A DNA stretch of 64,000 bases, from positions 12,531 through 76,530 of the forward strand of contig JBBRMJ010000002.1 in the NCBI GenBank assembly GCA_038230895.1, written 5' to 3'. Made by a program: the position numbers and the translations under genes. The stretch is from Candidatus Saccharimonadales bacterium. Its GTDB lineage: Bacteria > Patescibacteriota > Saccharimonadia > Saccharimonadales > UBA4665. Below are positions 9,288 to 17,527 of the stretch, one piece after another (within the stretch, counting starts at the first letter, position 1; each line of letters starts with the position of its first letter). The notes under the pieces were generated by a model. It saw nothing but the letters and a program-made list of their open reading frames with translations, ran no database searches and was not told the DNA's origin.

Positions 9288-11699
9288 GTGAGTACAGTAA
9301 TGATATTGTCGGCTCCAAAGCGTTATAAATCGGTCTATCTTGTCGGTCTATGTTTTGTACTAGCGCTGACATTTTTGGTTGTACACCCCCAGAAAGCATC
9401 AGCCGCCTGCGCTGCCCAAGACACTTCTCGTGGTCAGGTCACCAGTACCTTCAGCGTACCAAGTACCGGCAGCTACCGAGTATGGAGTCGTATCCTCGCA
9501 CCTGACACGACGAATAATTCTTATGTTTTAGAAATTGATGGCACTACCTGTGGCGTTGTGGTCGGTGGGAGCACTACGTTCCCAGCCAACACTTGGACCT
9601 GGGTAGATTATCAAGGCGGCACAGCCAGCAGCAAGATTAATGTAACCCTGAGTGCCGGCGCGCACACCATGACTTTGATTGGGCGCGAAGATAATGTTGA
9701 GCTGGACCGTGTAATTTTCACCACTGATACCACTTGCGTGCCGACCGGAACAGGTGATAATTGTGCCAACCCTCCCGATACGACCAATCCAACCGTCTCA
9801 ATCACCGCACCAACTGCTGGGTCAACGGTCAAGAATACGGTTACTGTCCAGAGTACTGCAGCGGATGATGTCGCGCTCGCTAAAGTTGAGTTCTACATCG
9901 ATGGTACACTGGTAGCATCAGATACCACCACGCCATATAACTATACGTTCGATACCACAACGGTGAGCAATGGTTCGCATACGATTCTGGCCAAAGCCTA
10001 TGACACCAGCCAAAATACTGCTTCTGCCACCGTGGCCGTCAACGTCAACAATCCTGCGGTCTGTACGCCGGGTAGTAGCACACTACCGACAACACCGGGC
10101 AATGTGACTAGCAGTAGTACCTACACCCAGATTACGCTCAACTGGTCTCCGAGCACCGGTAGCCCCGGCTGTACCATCACTAATTACAAGGTCTTCAGAG
10201 GTGGTGCGTTGATTGCGACCCTCGGCAATGTCACAACGTATACCGATAGCGGCTTAATAGCAGGCAATAGCTATAACTACAACATCCAGGCCGTCGATAG
10301 TGGCCCCAACAACTCGGCCCAGAGTGCGCTATCCAGCTTCTCGACAACCACGGATAACCTCGCTGCTAATCCAGTGACTGGCGTAACCGCCACCGCCAAC
10401 GGCGCAGCTCGTGTCGACCTGAGTTGGGCCGCTGCAACTGACCTTCCGAACCCCGGTGGCGTTGGTATCGCCGGCTACAATATCTATCGCAATGGTGCCA
10501 GCACGCCAACCTATCAAGTGACTGGTGCGAACACGACTAGCTATGCCGACACCAATGTCTCCGCCAGTACCAAGTACACCTATACTATTACGTCAGTGGA
10601 TAAAGCTAGCAATGAGAGTGCTCCAAGCGCTAGTGTCAGCGCTACCACGGCGGCGCCTACCTGTAGCGGTACGCCATCCGTGCCAACAGGGCTTGTGGCG
10701 ACTGGCAGAACGATCAGCACTATCACGTTTGGTTGGACAGCAAGTACGGCTAGCGCTGGTTGCACCTTAAGCGGTTACCATGTCTACCGTGGCGGCACGT
10801 TCGTGGCTGATGTCACCAGCGGTCTCAGCTTCACTGACACTGGCTTGAATCCAAATACCGGCTACAGCTACACCGTCAAAGCGTTTGATACCAGCGCACA
10901 CACCTCAGCTGCCTCGACCACGCTCAGTGCGTCTACGTCGGCTGATACGAGCGCTCCAAGCGCACCAGGCAGTGTTGCGGCAGTCGCCATCAGTAGTTCC
11001 AATGTTAATCTGACCTGGACGGCCAGCACTGATAATATCGCGGTCACTGGCTACAACATCTACCGTGGCGGTGTGGTTATATCGACAGTTGGTGGCAGCA
11101 TCCTAACCTACAGTGATACTTCCCTTGTCGGTAACACAGACTATGTCTATCAAGTCAGTGCAATCGATGGTGCTATCAATGAAAGCGCCAAAGTCACGGC
11201 CACGCCAAATCCTGTCCACACCCCAACGTCTATCGACAAAACACCCCCGAGCACCCCGACGAACCCACAAACCCCTGTCATTGCTTCGCAATCTGCCAAG
11301 GTCACCTGGACACCAGCCACTGATAATGTCGGTGTGGTGGGCTACCATGTCTATATCAAAGGCATCCTAGATACGTTTGATGGCGATACGACCACCGCAA
11401 GCTTTACAGCTCGTTGCTTAGCACCAAATATTCCTTACGCCATAACTGTTAAGGCCTTCGATGCCGCTGGTAACATAAGTTCCACGGCTATGAACGTGAG
11501 CCTTACAACTCTTGGTGGTGGCTTCGCCGGTGACTTTGACTGCTCGACACACGTTGACTTCACTGACCTCACGACCTTAGCACGCAACTGGGTCCTAACT
11601 GCTCCAGCTCGATTCCTGCCAACTGACGGTGATGCCTCTGGAGATGCTATTATTGATTTCACTGACTTAACTTCTCTCGCCAGAAACTGGGGTAAATAA
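9288..11699 (+). CDS. Secreted multidomain surface protein: signal peptide, Cys-containing CBM-like domain, Ig-like domain, five FN3 domains, C-terminal dockerin-like double repeat
   Basis: Signal-like LVGLCFVLALTFLVVHPQKASA. Five repeats of the FN3 pattern (..L.W....G..GY.[IV]YR.G......T.Y.D.GL...T.Y.Y.V.A.D..GN.S). The C-terminus carries GDFDCSTHVDFTDLTTLARNW and GDASGDAIIDFTDLTSLARNW. The track start is a GTG; an ATG at 9300 is an alternative. Confidence 0.8.
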   Translation: MSTVMILSAPKRYKSVYLVGLCFVLALTFLVVHPQKASAACAAQDTSRGQVTSTFSVPSTGSYRVWSRILAPDTTNNSYVLEIDGTTCGVVVGGSTTFPANTWTWVDYQGGTASSKINVTLSAGAHTMTLIGREDNVELDRVIFTTDTTCVPTGTGDNCANPPDTTNPTVSITAPTAGSTVKNTVTVQSTAADDVALAKVEFYIDGTLVASDTTTPYNYTFDTTTVSNGSHTILAKAYDTSQNTASATVAVNVNNPAVCTPGSSTLPTTPGNVTSSSTYTQITLNWSPSTGSPGCTITNYKVFRGGALIATLGNVTTYTDSGLIAGNSYNYNIQAVDSGPNNSAQSALSSFSTTTDNLAANPVTGVTATANGAARVDLSWAAATDLPNPGGVGIAGYNIYRNGASTPTYQVTGANTTSYADTNVSASTKYTYTITSVDKASNESAPSASVSATTAAPTCSGTPSVPTGLVATGRTISTITFGWTASTASAGCTLSGYHVYRGGTFVADVTSGLSFTDTGLNPNTGYSYTVKAFDTSAHTSAASTTLSASTSADTSAPSAPGSVAAVAISSSNVNLTWTASTDNIAVTGYNIYRGGVVISTVGGSILTYSDTSLVGNTDYVYQVSAIDGAINESAKVTATPNPVHTPTSIDKTPPSTPTNPQTPVIASQSAKVTWTPATDNVGVVGYHVYIKGILDTFDGDTTTASFTARCLAPNIPYAITVKAFDAAGNISSTAMNVSLTTLGGGFAGDFDCSTHVDFTDLTTLARNWVLTAPARFLPTDGDASGDAIIDFTDLTSLARNWGK

Positions 11700-13069
11700 T
11701 GAAACGTATTATGAAACGCAGTTCAAACTACGCTAAGTTAGGCCTCATCGTGTTGGTAGTCGCAGTTGCGGGATTAAGTCTAAGCCACATTACTTTTGCG
11801 GCTACTGGTAGTCTGACTTTTAGCCCTGGTAGTGGTTCTCATAACGTTGGCGATACATTTACCGTGACAGTCATAGAAAATAGCGGGACTGATAGTGCGG
11901 TATCAGTCAAAGCTATTGTTGACTATCCAGCGAGTTTATTACGCTTCGACGGCGATACTGTCGTTGCGCCTTTTACGTTTAATCCTGCCAGCACCGACAC
12001 TGCAAGCGGAGGTGTTATTAGTATTCAACGTGCCAGCCTAAGCGGCACTGGTTATACAGGCGCACAGACAGTTTCAACCATGACCTTCACTGTTTTGGCC
12101 GCCGGCACGGCAACGCTAAGCTTTGAGAATTCGTCAGTTATTGCCGACTATAATACCGGCAACAATGTCTTAGTGAGTAAACCGAGCGCTACGTACACCT
12201 TAAGTGTTCCGCCACCAGCCTCTCCAGTTATCTCGGCCTTCACCGCTACGCCAAGTTCAGTAAGCTCAGGCGGTACCAGTGTCCTGGCGTGGGCCAGCAG
12301 TAATGTCGTCAGCGGTGGCTGCAGTATCCCATCAACTTCAGTAACGGCCGGTGATCCGAGTGGTAGCCTGACAACACCAGCCCTGACTAGCTCTACCACC
12401 TACACGCTGACCTGTAAGAATAGTGCCAATGTCCCTACCAGTAAAGCTGTTACTGTATCGGTCACCACGCCGCCTCCAGGCGGCTCGGGCTCTGGTTCTG
12501 GATCGAGTGGTTCGACCAAGTCAACTAGCGTCAAAGTCGGTGATGTGACAGTGCCAAACAACGGCAATGTCGCGGTTTCCACCCCAGTTGGTGTCCAGCC
12601 AGCCACGATTCAGACCGAAGGTGTCAGTAAGGTCGAGTACTACCTCAATGGTAAACTGGTCGACACCGAGACCAAGCCACCATTTACCTACAAGGTCGAT
12701 ACCACTAAACTTGATAACGGTACCTACAAATTGACAAGCAAAACCTTCTTTAGTAACGGTTCTACCAAGCAAACCACCCAGAATCTTCAAGTGAAGAATA
12801 CTGCCAAGAAATCGAACACCGCTGGAATCGGACTATCACTGTTCATTCTGGCAGCCATCATTGGCGGCATCATCCTCATCCAGCGTCATCGTGGTCGACT
12901 CCAGCCCAGCTATGGTGCAATGGGCGAAAGTAAGGTGGTGACGAGCGACACGGCACCGCAAGTTGTCGCACCAATCACTCCTTTGCCTCAACCGACGGCC
13001 ACCAACCTGAACGCGCCACAGCCCGGTACAGTTATCGGCCAGACTACCAAGCCTGACGATAAGTTATAG
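11699..13069 (+). CDS. Membrane-anchored surface protein: signal peptide, cohesin-like domain, Ig-like domains, G/S linker, C-terminal TM anchor
   Basis: Its ATG overlaps the stop of the upstream gene (TAATG). The N-terminus GSLTFSPGSGSHNVGDTFTVTVIENSG...ATLSFENSSVI is cohesin-like. VSKVEYYLNGKLVDTETKPPFTYKVDT... is Ig-like. The TM segment is AGIGLSLFILAAIIGGIILI, followed by a basic stop-transfer QRHRGR. Confidence 0.75.
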   Translation: MKRIMKRSSNYAKLGLIVLVVAVAGLSLSHITFAATGSLTFSPGSGSHNVGDTFTVTVIENSGTDSAVSVKAIVDYPASLLRFDGDTVVAPFTFNPASTDTASGGVISIQRASLSGTGYTGAQTVSTMTFTVLAAGTATLSFENSSVIADYNTGNNVLVSKPSATYTLSVPPPASPVISAFTATPSSVSSGGTSVLAWASSNVVSGGCSIPSTSVTAGDPSGSLTTPALTSSTTYTLTCKNSANVPTSKAVTVSVTTPPPGGSGSGSGSSGSTKSTSVKVGDVTVPNNGNVAVSTPVGVQPATIQTEGVSKVEYYLNGKLVDTETKPPFTYKVDTTKLDNGTYKLTSKTFFSNGSTKQTTQNLQVKNTAKKSNTAGIGLSLFILAAIIGGIILIQRHRGRLQPSYGAMGESKVVTSDTAPQVVAPITPLPQPTATNLNAPQPGTVIGQTTKPDDKL

Positions 13070-13107
13070 CTTGAACGCCACGCCTAGTCGTCGGTAACGG
13101 CTGAGGC

Positions 13108-13136
13108 TTGTCAGCCCGGACAGTACAATCTATACT
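13108..13136 (+). promoter_or_regulatory. Candidate sigma70-type promoter for the third surface-protein gene
   Basis: TTGTCA (13108-13113), a 17 nt spacer, then TATACT (13131-13136), ending 25 nt upstream of the ATG at 13162. Confidence 0.5.
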
Positions 13137-13161
13137 GCGAGTAGCTCGCCAGACAATAAAT

Positions 13162-14298
13162 ATGAAACAAACACGACAACTAATCTTCCATCGAAGACGA
13201 ACTTTGCTGTTGGCTGTCATGGTGTTCACAGCCATGTTGCTGGGCCCGTGGCAATCAGGCCGTGCCGCAGCGGCCTGCGCTGCGCAAGATACCTCACGCG
13301 GTCAAGTCTCAGCCAGTTTTAGCATTCCACTGACGGGCAGCTATCGGGTATGGAGCCGCATCAAAGCACCAGACAGCACCAATAACTCCTATATCCTAGA
13401 AATTGATGGTACAACCTGCGGTGTGGTCGTTGGCGACAGCGCCACCGCTGCCAACACCTGGACATGGGTCAACTACAAGACGGGTAACAGTGGCAGCCCG
13501 ATTGATATTAATTTGGCGAGCGGTAGCCATTCGCTGACGGCGATTGGTCGAGAAGATGCCGTTTCGATTGACCGAGTCATCTTCACCGCAGATACTAGCT
13601 GCGTTCCCTCTGGCACTGGCGACAATTGCGCCATCGTTATTACGACACCAACCGGTGGTGGTCAACCTGGTGGCAGTACCGGCGCGACCACCACAGGCGC
13701 GACCACGACAACCGCCAGCAGTAGCGGTGGTACGGTCACCGTCCACGCTTCGTCACAGCCACTGACGGTTAGCGGTGACACCAACCTGGTCATCGCGCCA
13801 CCCAGTAGCGATAATCAGGGAGCAAGTCTCGCTAAAGTTGAATATTACATCGACAACAAACTGGTCGACACCGAGACCACAGCGCCCTACACCTACAAGG
13901 TCAATACCAAGATCCTTCAGAGCGGAGTCCATACATTGACCAGCAAAGCCTTCTACGCCGATGGTACGAGCAAATCAACCACCCAAACGTTAACCGTCAA
14001 AAATACTGCCAAGAAAACATCCAACCAGACCGGTGCACTTGGCGTCAGTTTGTTGCTCATTGCGGCGATTTTTGTTGGTCTGTCAATCATCCAGCGTCGT
14101 CGTGGCGGGCTACGGCTCCACGGCGTCACGCTTATACCTGGCAATCACCCAGTGGTGGAAGATGTGACTCTGGCTATGCGCAGCTCGGATAGACCAGGTG
14201 ATGTGGTGCCGGTGCCGACTCAGGCGCCAGCGCCTGGCTCGGTCATCGAGTATCATCCGACCCCGGATGAAACGCAGGGGCCAAAGCCAACACTATAG
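13162..14298 (+). CDS. Membrane-anchored surface protein: signal peptide, CBM-like domain (paralogous to 9288 gene), T/G-rich linker, Ig-like domain and TM anchor (paralogous to 11699 gene)
   Basis: AACAAQDTSRGQVSASFSIPLTGSYRVWSRIKAPDSTNNSYILEIDGTTCGVVVG... aligns with the N-terminal domain of the 9288 gene. LAKVEYYIDNKLVDTETTAPYTYKVNT...VKNTAKK + TM + IQRRRG aligns with the C-terminus of the 11699 gene. The track start at 13108 is TTG; the ATG at 13162 is preferred because of the promoter position. Confidence 0.8.
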   Translation: MKQTRQLIFHRRRTLLLAVMVFTAMLLGPWQSGRAAAACAAQDTSRGQVSASFSIPLTGSYRVWSRIKAPDSTNNSYILEIDGTTCGVVVGDSATAANTWTWVNYKTGNSGSPIDINLASGSHSLTAIGREDAVSIDRVIFTADTSCVPSGTGDNCAIVITTPTGGGQPGGSTGATTTGATTTTASSSGGTVTVHASSQPLTVSGDTNLVIAPPSSDNQGASLAKVEYYIDNKLVDTETTAPYTYKVNTKILQSGVHTLTSKAFYADGTSKSTTQTLTVKNTAKKTSNQTGALGVSLLLIAAIFVGLSIIQRRRGGLRLHGVTLIPGNHPVVEDVTLAMRSSDRPGDVVPVPTQAPAPGSVIEYHPTPDETQGPKPTL

Positions 14299-14325
14299 CT
14301 GGCACTCTTGACTGCTGAGTGCTAT
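14299..14325 (+). promoter_or_regulatory. CIRCE operator (HrcA binding site) upstream of hrcA
   Basis: CTGGCACTC-TTGACTGCT-GAGTGCTAT compared with the consensus TTAGCACTC-N9-GAGTGCTAA. The spacer contains a -35-like TTGACT. Confidence 0.85.
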
Positions 14326-14367
14326 TTGTTATACCATAACACCTATAGATAAGGTGATTATCCAGTC

Positions 14368-15075
14368 ATGACTGAACGCCAACAGAAAATTTTGAGTGCC
14401 ATTGTCGAACAGTATGCCGAAGTCGCTAGCCCCGTCGGCTCTAGCTTGATGGCCAAAGTGTTTGGCGTCAGTTCGGCGACGATTCGGGCCGAGATGGCCG
14501 AACTCGAGCGACTCGGTTTCATTACGCAGCCCCATACCAGTGCCGGTCGCGTTCCGACTGATAGAGGCTATCGTTTCTACGTCAACAATTTGATCGAAAG
14601 TCCGGGAGAATTGCTGCCGGAACGTCGTACCGAAAAAGCTTTGGTTACTCGCGTTCAGATGGCTGGCGTCCCAGAGCGCACTATTCGCAGTGCCGTCGAT
14701 ACGCTTGTCGAACTGACGCAGAATCTTGCAGTCGCCACCATTGGCAATCAGCTGTACATGAGCGGTTTATCCAACCTCTTTGGTCAACCAGAATTCATTA
14801 ACGGATTGCAGGTTCAGCAGGTCGCCAGCCTACTCGACAACCTCGAGCCCTGGCTGCGTGAAGCAGCGCCCAACGAGCCGCTCAGCGTCTATATCGGTGC
14901 CGAGAATCCAATTGGCCGCACAGCTGGCTGCAGCTTAATCATCAGTCGTTTCCGCAGCCCGTTTAGCGATCGGAGTTACATCGGTACTCTCGGTCCCACT
15001 CGTCAAAGTTATCGAGACGTCATGTTATTAGTTCGCCGTGCTGGCCAAGAGCTTGAGGAGGCGCTGTATGTTTAG
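14368..15075 (+). CDS. hrcA: Heat-inducible transcription repressor HrcA (compact form)
   Basis: N-terminal wHTH RQQKILSAIVEQYAEVASPVGSSLMAK...SSATIRAEMAELERLGFITQPHTSAGRVPTDRGYRFYV. C-terminal IGTLGPTRQSYRDVM matches the HrcA ending. Only 235 aa. Confidence 0.9.
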   Translation: MTERQQKILSAIVEQYAEVASPVGSSLMAKVFGVSSATIRAEMAELERLGFITQPHTSAGRVPTDRGYRFYVNNLIESPGELLPERRTEKALVTRVQMAGVPERTIRSAVDTLVELTQNLAVATIGNQLYMSGLSNLFGQPEFINGLQVQQVASLLDNLEPWLREAAPNEPLSVYIGAENPIGRTAGCSLIISRFRSPFSDRSYIGTLGPTRQSYRDVMLLVRRAGQELEEALYV

Positions 15076-15307
15076 GCTTCCAGAGTCCAGTGGTTCACCT
15101 GATGCAACTATCTTTGAGGCTGTAAGCGAGGCCAAGTCTTTGCGAGCTGAGGGCCTACCGGTTGCAGCAATGAGCCTCGAAATATACGTTAGTAACGTAC
15201 TTTGCGATAGTGGCATTGGGCGCTCGACGATAGAAGAAATATTTGATACAGCACGTCTTTCTATTGAGAACCTTGACGCAGAAGTTGAAAGGATTGCCCA
15301 TGGCTGA
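15068..15307 (+). CDS. Small hypothetical protein between hrcA and grpE
   Basis: 79 aa from the ATG at 15068 (MFRLPESSGSPD...). The ATG lies within the last codons of hrcA, and the stop TGA (15305-15307) overlaps the grpE ATG (15300). This is the geometry of translational coupling. No recognisable motif. Confidence 0.45.
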   Translation: MFRLPESSGSPDATIFEAVSEAKSLRAEGLPVAAMSLEIYVSNVLCDSGIGRSTIEEIFDTARLSIENLDAEVERIAHG

Positions 15308-15776
15308 TAAGAAACGGACAACAAAGGTGAAAGCCAACACTGAGCTTGAGGATCAATCGGCACTCCTAACGGATGCGCTGCAGCGCGAACGTGCCGATGC
15401 AACGAATATCCGTCGCCAACATGAGGAGCAGATTACTAATTTGCGGACTGTAGTGAAGAGCAATGTCGTCCGTGATCTGTTGCCGGTGATTGATAACTTC
15501 GAACGAGCGCTGAAGCACGTCCCAGCCGACTTGGTCGATAATGACTACATCAAAGGCATACAAGGTGTGGTCAAGCTATTCGAGAAGACCTTGGTTGACA
15601 TGGGTGTTGAACGCATTAAAACTGTCGGCGAAGCTTTTGATCCCACTTATCATGAAGCCGTCAGCATGGAAGAGGGCGAGGGCAGCCACGAAGTCGTTTG
15701 CGAAGAGCTTCAAGCCGGCTACAAAGTCGGCAATGATGTCATTCGCCACGCCATGGTCAGAGTCAAGTTTACCTGA
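15300..15776 (+). CDS. grpE: Nucleotide exchange factor GrpE
   Basis: MADKKRTTKV..., a coiled-coil N-terminus, then LLPVIDNFERAL and FDPTYHEAV...V.KGY typical of GrpE. The track ORF starts earlier at 15243, but the ATG at 15300 fits the GrpE N-terminus. Confidence 0.9.
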   Translation: MADKKRTTKVKANTELEDQSALLTDALQRERADATNIRRQHEEQITNLRTVVKSNVVRDLLPVIDNFERALKHVPADLVDNDYIKGIQGVVKLFEKTLVDMGVERIKTVGEAFDPTYHEAVSMEEGEGSHEVVCEELQAGYKVGNDVIRHAMVRVKFT

Positions 15777-15843
15777 GCCAATGGTAGTAGCGATGTCACA
15801 ATCTGCCAAAACACTGTAAACTAGTAAGGGTAAGTAGTTTACG

Positions 15844-17085
15844 ATGGCTATACACACTCAAAACAATCTTCGAGCGTTATTATTTGTCTTGATTTTCGTG
15901 TCGGTCGGTACTGCAATTCTATTTGTTACGCATGCTGCCACAAATACCTCGTCTGTTGAAACCGAAAGTGGTACCTTGGCAGGTACTGCGTCTATCGTAA
16001 GTGATTCGAGCGCTTCGGGCGCTCAGGCCATACGTTTTGGGACTGCTCCTCTGGGTAGCGGTGTGCTACCGATTCCGAGCCCCCTGAGCTCAAATTGGGT
16101 GGCACCGAGCGGCAACTACACCATGCCGGCGCAAACGGTGAATGTTTCGGGTACCGTAACCGTTAATTTGACTGCCGCTACCATCACCGGCACGACTGGC
16201 TATCTCTTCAGCTTGACGCCAGGGAGTAATTTGACGATTATCGGCGGTACATTATCAGGCACGATTCAGGGCTTAGTGCAGGATAATATCGTTGACGGTG
16301 CAACAGCCACTGTCTCTATAGCCGGTACAAAGATGACCAACGTACGTACCGTTGTCTTCGCCAAGACTCAAGGTGGCCCCGTCTCCATTACGCTTACGAA
16401 TGTCGTTGCGACGGGCTTAGGCTCCGGCGTCCGCGCCACCTCTGACTACATGGATATTGAAAACTGCACCTTAACCGGCGGTGGTGTACCGCCTACGGGA
16501 AACCCGGCTGGTGTTCATTCATTGGATGATAACGCTGGCAACATAGATGTCCCAGGCTCATTTTTAAAAGTCTTTAATAGCACAATTACTGGGTACACAT
16601 CGACTGGTTTCCAAGGTGATAGCGTCTTGGGAGAAACGAGGGTGCATTCAGCCGACATCGAGAATAATGTCCTTGGTCACAACAGCGACAGTGGCGGCAT
16701 CGATTCTAAAATGCACAGTGTCATCGTCAAGAACAATACCATCTATAGTGATGGCGGCCGTGCCATCTCGAGCCACTACGGTACGTTGACGGCGAGTGGA
16801 AACACCATTTACCAAGTCGCTACTTCAAATAACGGTGTCGGCAAGGCGTATCAGGGTACTGGTACTTTGATCGTCAGTAATGATGTCGTTGTGCTGACAC
16901 CTGGTGCGAATCTAGCTATAGCCGACGTCGTCCTATCGCCGGGCTCCGGCCCTCCTGCCAGTTATCCTCGGGTCGGTAACCTGACTCTTACGCATATAAC
17001 CAATCAGGCGGGAACTGTCCTGCTCGGCCCGACGAAGGTTAATCCAGCCGGTGGCTTCACACCAACCATCACGGTTAATCCATAA
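15844..17085 (+). CDS. Secreted right-handed beta-helix (pectate-lyase-fold, PbH1-repeat) protein
   Basis: N-terminal signal/anchor LRALLFVLIFVSVGTAILFVTHAA. Repeated beta-helix rungs are visible (IENCTLTGGG, IENNVLGHNSDSGGID, VKNNTIYSDGGRAI, ASGNTIY). 413 aa. Confidence 0.65.
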   Translation: MAIHTQNNLRALLFVLIFVSVGTAILFVTHAATNTSSVETESGTLAGTASIVSDSSASGAQAIRFGTAPLGSGVLPIPSPLSSNWVAPSGNYTMPAQTVNVSGTVTVNLTAATITGTTGYLFSLTPGSNLTIIGGTLSGTIQGLVQDNIVDGATATVSIAGTKMTNVRTVVFAKTQGGPVSITLTNVVATGLGSGVRATSDYMDIENCTLTGGGVPPTGNPAGVHSLDDNAGNIDVPGSFLKVFNSTITGYTSTGFQGDSVLGETRVHSADIENNVLGHNSDSGGIDSKMHSVIVKNNTIYSDGGRAISSHYGTLTASGNTIYQVATSNNGVGKAYQGTGTLIVSNDVVVLTPGANLAIADVVLSPGSGPPASYPRVGNLTLTHITNQAGTVLLGPTKVNPAGGFTPTITVNP

Positions 17086-17097
17086 AAAATACAACAC

Positions 17098-17124
17098 CTA
17101 GCACTCTTGACACCTGAGTGCTAA
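17098..17124 (+). promoter_or_regulatory. CIRCE operator upstream of the dnaK transcription unit, overlapping a candidate promoter
   Basis: CTAGCACTC-TTGACACCT-GAGTGCTAA. The spacer holds TTGACA (17107-17112). A 17 nt spacer then leads to TACACT (17130-17135). Confidence 0.9.
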
Positions 17125-17159
17125 TTTCTTACACTGGAAGAGGTTAATAAACGAAGTAT

Positions 17160-17525
17160 ATGGATATAACTGCTGCCAACCCCGAAACCTATTTAGCGAT
17201 GTACCGCGCTGACCCCGAAACCTTACCAGGGGCGCCATCTAATGAGGCAATTATTGCGAAATATCCAGAACTACAGAAGTCTAATAAGCCATTAACAAGC
17301 GGAGAACGGCTAGGTTTTTTAGAGATGTGGCAGCTGGCTGAAGTGCCGGAGACCATTCTCGGGTTAGACGACCACAGTCTCGCAAGCCTAACCGACAGCG
17401 CAGGCAAGGAGCTGGCAGCGATAGTCTCAACGGAGCGGCGAATAGCCGACCTGCGTCGTATACATACCGCTGCCCGAAATGAATTATCCAGACGATCACA
17501 TAACATAAGTACGAAAGAGGAGTAA
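17160..17525 (+). CDS. Hypothetical protein, first gene after the second CIRCE
   Basis: 121 aa with no recognisable motif. Its stop lies 2 nt before the dnaK ATG, and the dnaK SD (AGGAG) lies inside its last codons. Confidence 0.5.
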   Translation: MDITAANPETYLAMYRADPETLPGAPSNEAIIAKYPELQKSNKPLTSGERLGFLEMWQLAEVPETILGLDDHSLASLTDSAGKELAAIVSTERRIADLRRIHTAARNELSRRSHNISTKEE

Positions 17526-17527
17526 AT

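Noticed and set aside
15817-15843. 8 bp hairpin abutting the ATG of the beta-helix gene, considered as an RNA thermometer
   Set aside because: The SD-like AAGGG lies in the loop rather than being sequestered in the stem. The stem is AT-rich and short. The evidence is insufficient, so it is mentioned only within the beta-helix finding.
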